From: Oceanispirochaeta sp.
Lineage (GTDB): Bacteria > Spirochaetota > Spirochaetia > DSM-2461
Reading direction: 5' to 3'
Assembly: GCA_963663385.2 (NCBI GenBank)
Contig: CAXXXD010000001.1
Span: 320,001 to 384,000, forward strand
Length of the DNA stretch: 64,000 bases
Part shown: one piece after another, positions 59,672-64,000 of the stretch
How positions within the stretch are numbered: the first letter of the stretch is position 1
Layout of the letters: each line of letters begins with the position of its first letter
Made by a program: the position numbers and the translations under genes
The notes under the pieces: generated by a model
The model's input: the letters and a program-made list of their open reading frames with translations, nothing else
Told to the model about the DNA's origin: nothing
Database searches by the model: none

Positions 59672-61184
59672 AGCGGTCATAGTGGATGACGAGAAGATTG
59701 TCAGGGTAGCCCTGAAAACAATGCTGGACTGGGATAAGGCCGGTTTTGAAATCTGTCAGTCCGTAGGCAGCGCCGAAGCCGCCTTGAAGGCGATCCACCG
59801 ATTCAGTCCCGATCTTGTAATCACCGATATTGTGATGCCCGATATGGACGGACTGGACCTTATCCGTTCCGCCCGAAACGCCGGATTTGCCGGTGATTTT
59901 ATAATCCTGACAAATTATCAGAATTTCGATTATGCCATTGAAGCCCTGCACAACGAAGTTCTGGATTATATAATCAAAACCGACATCTCCCCCGAAATCA
60001 TAGGAAAAGCTGTCCGGAAAGCCGGGGAAAAGATCGGCAGCCGGCGAAAATCCGCTCACAGCGAAGAAGGAGAAACCGTATCAGATGATGATACCGATCG
60101 GATCAGGAGACACCTGCTTAATCCGGAAAAGCCTTTTATTTTTTCAGCCCCCTGTCATGCTCTGTTCATCTTCCTGCCTTCCAGTCTTGAATCCTCTCCG
60201 CCGGAAATCTCCCCGGGACTCCTTCAGAACGTTACAGGTGAAGCCGTTAAGGATCTCCATGATCGTCTGATATCCCTCACCCCGGATACTCTGCTCATCC
60301 CCCTTTCGATAGACTTCGCTGCAAAAATATCGGAATCAGGAAACAAAATACTCCCCCGCATTCAAAACCTTGTCCAACTGTACATGAACAGCGAATGCGG
60401 TTTTGTACTGACATCCTCTCTGGGCAGCACCTCTGATCTGGATAGAGCTTTAAACCGGTGCCGGGTCTCCGCCCGCGCGGTATTATACGATGGGTTCTCA
60501 ACCCTGCTGCGGGAAGAACACGCAACCCGGTTTTCTTCGGGAGATCTCAAGGGAAAGAAAATCTATGCGGATCTTACCCATCTGATTAATGAGTATCAGT
60601 ACGATAGTGCAAAGAATCTGATTCGGGAACTGGCTGATCACTGCCGGAATATGAGAATTGATCCGGGGATTGTCTCAAACCTTTTCCAGGCCCTTCTCCG
60701 GCTTCTCCATATGGATTATATGGTCTGGTTTCCCCGGGAGGAGCCGGAACAAAGAACTCTCCATAAACTCTCTACTCTGGAGCAGTACAACCACGCTCTG
60801 GAGGCCATGGTTGATGCCATCGGAAAAAACAGGATTGATTTTTCAGAAACCGCCTGCCGCAGAGAGGTCTTACACATCGACAACCATATCAAAGAAAATA
60901 TTGAACAGAAAGTCACCTTGTCCGATCTGAGTAAAAGTGTGAACATGTCGGAAAACTATATCAGCCGCCTTTTTAAGGTCGAGACAGGTATCAACATAAT
61001 CCAGTACATAAACCTGATCAAACTGGAGAAGGCCAAGGAACTTCTGCTTATCAAGGACAATTCGATTAAAGAGGTGGCCTACAAGGTCGGATACGATACG
61101 CCCTCCTACTTCAATCGACTATTCAACAAGCTTTACGGTATCAATCCTACCGATTACATCCAGATGATAGAACAGCTGAGTTGA
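59664..61184 (+). CDS. YesN-type response regulator (receiver + AraC HTH)
   Basis: IVDDE, ITDIVMP; C-terminal NYISRLFK...VGYDTPSYFNRLF. Confidence 0.92.
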   Translation: MYKAVIVDDEKIVRVALKTMLDWDKAGFEICQSVGSAEAALKAIHRFSPDLVITDIVMPDMDGLDLIRSARNAGFAGDFIILTNYQNFDYAIEALHNEVLDYIIKTDISPEIIGKAVRKAGEKIGSRRKSAHSEEGETVSDDDTDRIRRHLLNPEKPFIFSAPCHALFIFLPSSLESSPPEISPGLLQNVTGEAVKDLHDRLISLTPDTLLIPLSIDFAAKISESGNKILPRIQNLVQLYMNSECGFVLTSSLGSTSDLDRALNRCRVSARAVLYDGFSTLLREEHATRFSSGDLKGKKIYADLTHLINEYQYDSAKNLIRELADHCRNMRIDPGIVSNLFQALLRLLHMDYMVWFPREEPEQRTLHKLSTLEQYNHALEAMVDAIGKNRIDFSETACRREVLHIDNHIKENIEQKVTLSDLSKSVNMSENYISRLFKVETGINIIQYINLIKLEKAKELLLIKDNSIKEVAYKVGYDTPSYFNRLFNKLYGINPTDYIQMIEQLS

Positions 61185-61261
61185 ATAGTTCAAGAACTGG
61201 ATAGTATCGTCTATTTCCTCCTGAAAAATAAGGTCCTACAATGCCCCCAGGAGGAAGAGCC

Positions 61262-63484
61262 ATGCAACCGAGATCTCTGTGTAATCTGAATTTTAACCAC
61301 CCGATTCAAACCTGGGACGAGGCAATACCCCTGGGGAACGGTCTAATGGGAGCATTGATCTGGGGAAACGGAAACCCGCTGAAATTCAGTCTGGACAGGG
61401 TGGATCTATGGGACAGGACCCGTCACCCCAACCTTGACCATCCCGATTACAATTTCAGTCATCTTATATCCCTTGTAAAAGATGGAGATACTGAAGAGAT
61501 CGACCGTTTTTTTGAAGCCCCCTACCTTTCTCCGACACCTACAAAGCTGCCGGCGGGGCGTCTTGAATTTAATTTCGGAAACCAGCTTGAAACCAGCAGC
61601 TCACTGGACCTTGCCGCAGCGGAGGCTAAGATTAAACTTTCTGATGGTATTCGGACAATCTGCCTATATTCATTTTGCCATGCCATCACCGGTACTGGAT
61701 TCATAAAAATCACAGGGCTTCCCGGGGATTCAGAATTGGACTACGCCATTAGGAACCCTCAGTTCAACTTCTCCTCGGAGAAGAAGAGCGATAACATCGA
61801 AGTGGATTCTGTCGTTACTTCGGGCCTTGATGTCCTGACCTATCCGGCTCCTGTTATCTGTGATTCCGGAGAGTTTCGATACTACATTCAGGAGATAGAC
61901 CAGGCATTCCGTTATGGTATTTTCACAAAGTATTTACGAACGGAAAAAGACGTCCTCCTTGCCTACCGCATAGTCAGCTCCAATGACGGTGATAATCTGG
62001 TAAAACTGGCGGAGGAATACCTGGATGCCGCCCTTGAAGAAGGGTATGAGGATGCCTTTGAATCCCACAGAAACTGGTGGCAGACCTTCTGGAACAAAAG
62101 CGGACTGCGCATCCCCGATCCCCTGTTTGAAAAGAACTGGTATTTATCCCAGTATTTTTTGGGTTCGGCATCGCGTAAAGGGCAATATCCCATGCCTCTC
62201 CAGGGAGTATGGACCGCCGATGATGACAAACTCCCCCCCTGGAAAGGGGATTATCACCACGACCTGAACACACAGCTTGCCTACTCCTGCTACCTTAAGG
62301 CCAATCACAGGGAAGAGGGGGAAAGCTTCCTTGATTTCCTCTGGAACCTTCAGCCTGAGGCCCGGGAATTTGCCAGACGGTTTTACGGGGCGGAAAAAGG
62401 GGCCAGCCTCCCCACAATGATGACCATCGACGGAGAGGACCTGTCAGGCTGGGTTATGTATGCCTACTCTCTGACCAGCCAGATCTGGCTCAGCCAGCTC
62501 TTCGAGCGGCATGCGCTTATGACAGGAGATGAATGGTTCCTGCGGGAGCGGGCCTATCCGTATATGAAAGAAACCGCCGATTTTATCCTCTCTGTGGTGA
62601 AGGAAAAGGACGGCCTGTATTTTCTCCCCGTTTCTGCCTCACCGGAGGTGCATGACAACACTCTGAAAGCCTGGTTCACCCCGAACACAAACTACGACCT
62701 GGCCCTGATGCACTGGCTTTTCAGGCATCTGTCCTTCCATGCCCGGACTGTCGCCCGGGAGGATACAGCTCAATGGCAGAGAGTCCTGGAAAAAATGCCG
62801 CCCCTGGCTGTAAACGAAAAGGGCGTGTTGAAACTCAGTCCCGATGAAGATCTGAAAGAATCCCACCGGCATTTTTCTCACCTCATGGCGATTCATCCCC
62901 TGCGACTGCTGAACTATCATAATGAGGACAGTAGAAAAATCATCGACGCTTCAATTTCCGACCTTGAACGATTAGGTTCCGGATTATGGGTCGGATTCTC
63001 CTTTGTCTGGATGTCCCAGTTATACGCTATTTCCGGAAATGGCGAAGGGGCCGCCTTTCAGCTGGAACAGTTCTGGCGTCACACCTGTTCTGGAAACGGT
63101 TTCCATCTCAACGGCGACTTTCGAAATACGGGGATCACAACCTGGCACTACCGGCCCTTCACTCTTGAAGCAAACCTGTTTGCTGCGGATGCCCTGCAGG
63201 AGATGATGCTGTACAGCGAAAATGGAGAAATGGAACTGTTCCCGGCTCTGCCTGAACGATTCAGAAAGGAGATCTCATTCGATGGGTTTCTGGCGGAACA
63301 GGGCCTAATCGTTGGAGCGGAAATGGAAAACGGGGTTGTGACGGCTCTCTCTTTAAGGTTATCGCGGCCAATGATCATAAAGATTCGAAAATGGGAGACG
63401 TTAAAACACCTGAAAAATTCTATTCCCGGTACATTGATCGAAGAGCACACAGACTGGGCCTTATTTGAGCTGTATGCTCCATGA
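61262..63484 (+). CDS. GH95-like glycoside hydrolase
   Basis: WDEAIPLGNGLMGA, LQGVW, W.GDYH, SASPE, SHRHFSHL, LFPALP; AGGAGG RBS before ATG 61262. Confidence 0.75.
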   Translation: MQPRSLCNLNFNHPIQTWDEAIPLGNGLMGALIWGNGNPLKFSLDRVDLWDRTRHPNLDHPDYNFSHLISLVKDGDTEEIDRFFEAPYLSPTPTKLPAGRLEFNFGNQLETSSSLDLAAAEAKIKLSDGIRTICLYSFCHAITGTGFIKITGLPGDSELDYAIRNPQFNFSSEKKSDNIEVDSVVTSGLDVLTYPAPVICDSGEFRYYIQEIDQAFRYGIFTKYLRTEKDVLLAYRIVSSNDGDNLVKLAEEYLDAALEEGYEDAFESHRNWWQTFWNKSGLRIPDPLFEKNWYLSQYFLGSASRKGQYPMPLQGVWTADDDKLPPWKGDYHHDLNTQLAYSCYLKANHREEGESFLDFLWNLQPEAREFARRFYGAEKGASLPTMMTIDGEDLSGWVMYAYSLTSQIWLSQLFERHALMTGDEWFLRERAYPYMKETADFILSVVKEKDGLYFLPVSASPEVHDNTLKAWFTPNTNYDLALMHWLFRHLSFHARTVAREDTAQWQRVLEKMPPLAVNEKGVLKLSPDEDLKESHRHFSHLMAIHPLRLLNYHNEDSRKIIDASISDLERLGSGLWVGFSFVWMSQLYAISGNGEGAAFQLEQFWRHTCSGNGFHLNGDFRNTGITTWHYRPFTLEANLFAADALQEMMLYSENGEMELFPALPERFRKEISFDGFLAEQGLIVGAEMENGVVTALSLRLSRPMIIKIRKWETLKHLKNSIPGTLIEEHTDWALFELYAP

Positions 63485-63607
63485 TTTACGAAATGAGCAC
63501 CGGGGATACGGATGAAAGGAGAAAGACTGATCGGAAGCCGGTTCTGGAACCCTCCCCCAGAAGCGTATAACATCAGCAGATTGATAAAATGTCCGTCGTA
63601 TATCAAT

Positions 63608-64000
63608 TTACAGGGAAAAGAGCTGCCGGCCTTTGGCCGTCAGGCCAATAGCCTTTTTCTCATCATCGGTCATTCCTTTCTTCTCTGACAGGAGTTCCGG
63701 ATTTTCTACATACTTCTTCAGCAGTTTGATTGTTTTACCTGCATAAAGACCATCGATGATCCGATCGTCATAAGCAAACTGGATTCTCATCCTCTTTCTG
63801 GTCCGCATCCTATCATCTTCATCAATGATTTTTTCTTTATGAACAATTCCGAGTGCAACAAATATACCGTTGGTTCCCATATCAAAAAGATGATGGAGAG
63901 GGCTGTCCAGCTGGACAGAACCCAGATTGGCCAGAAAAACGGATGAATAGAACGGAAAAACCCTGAGCATTGACGCAGTAACCAGGTTATGATTATCCAG
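63608..64000 (-). CDS. 2-oxoacid dehydrogenase acyltransferase catalytic-domain-like protein, 5' part outside the window
   Basis: FLANLGSV, FVALG, YDDRIIDG, YVENPELL. Confidence 0.65.
   Translation of the reverse strand: MDNHNLVTASMLRVFPFYSSVFLANLGSVQLDSPLHHLFDMGTNGIFVALGIVHKEKIIDEDDRMRTRKRMRIQFAYDDRIIDGLYAGKTIKLLKKYVENPELLSEKKGMTDDEKKAIGLTAKGRQLFSL

Overview
Chromosomal window from a free-living spirochete-like bacterium (lineage inferred from protein style and gene order). Housekeeping blocks are aspS (5'-truncated by the window edge), a Rex-like gene with serA, rlmE, the lptC-lptA-lptB-rpoN-hpf-hprK-HPr-ntrY/X-like-lexA-holA run, cheR-cheB and tRNA-Leu(CAG). Three accessory regions interrupt them. 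(1) A defence island at about 9.7-25.8 kb: rhuM, a WYL regulator, a complete type I-C CRISPR-Cas system with a hidden in-frame cas11, a 72-repeat/71-spacer array and a yefM-yoeB-type toxin-antitoxin pair. (2) A sugar-catabolism cassette at about 39.7-52.2 kb, bracketed by a diverged direct repeat and containing an IS110-family element. (3) A second sugar ABC, two-component and glycoside hydrolase cluster. The most striking observation is the IS110. Its 215-bp non-coding end holds a 25-26-nt periodic array of (C/T)CG-N10-TG units joined pairwise by hairpins. The N10 segments match the element's own circle junction and its insertion site, and together appear to spell a Shine-Dalgarno plus start-codon target. 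The element sits exactly in the AGGAG of a translationally coupled gene junction and regenerates that RBS. All calls come from manual reading; no database searches were run.
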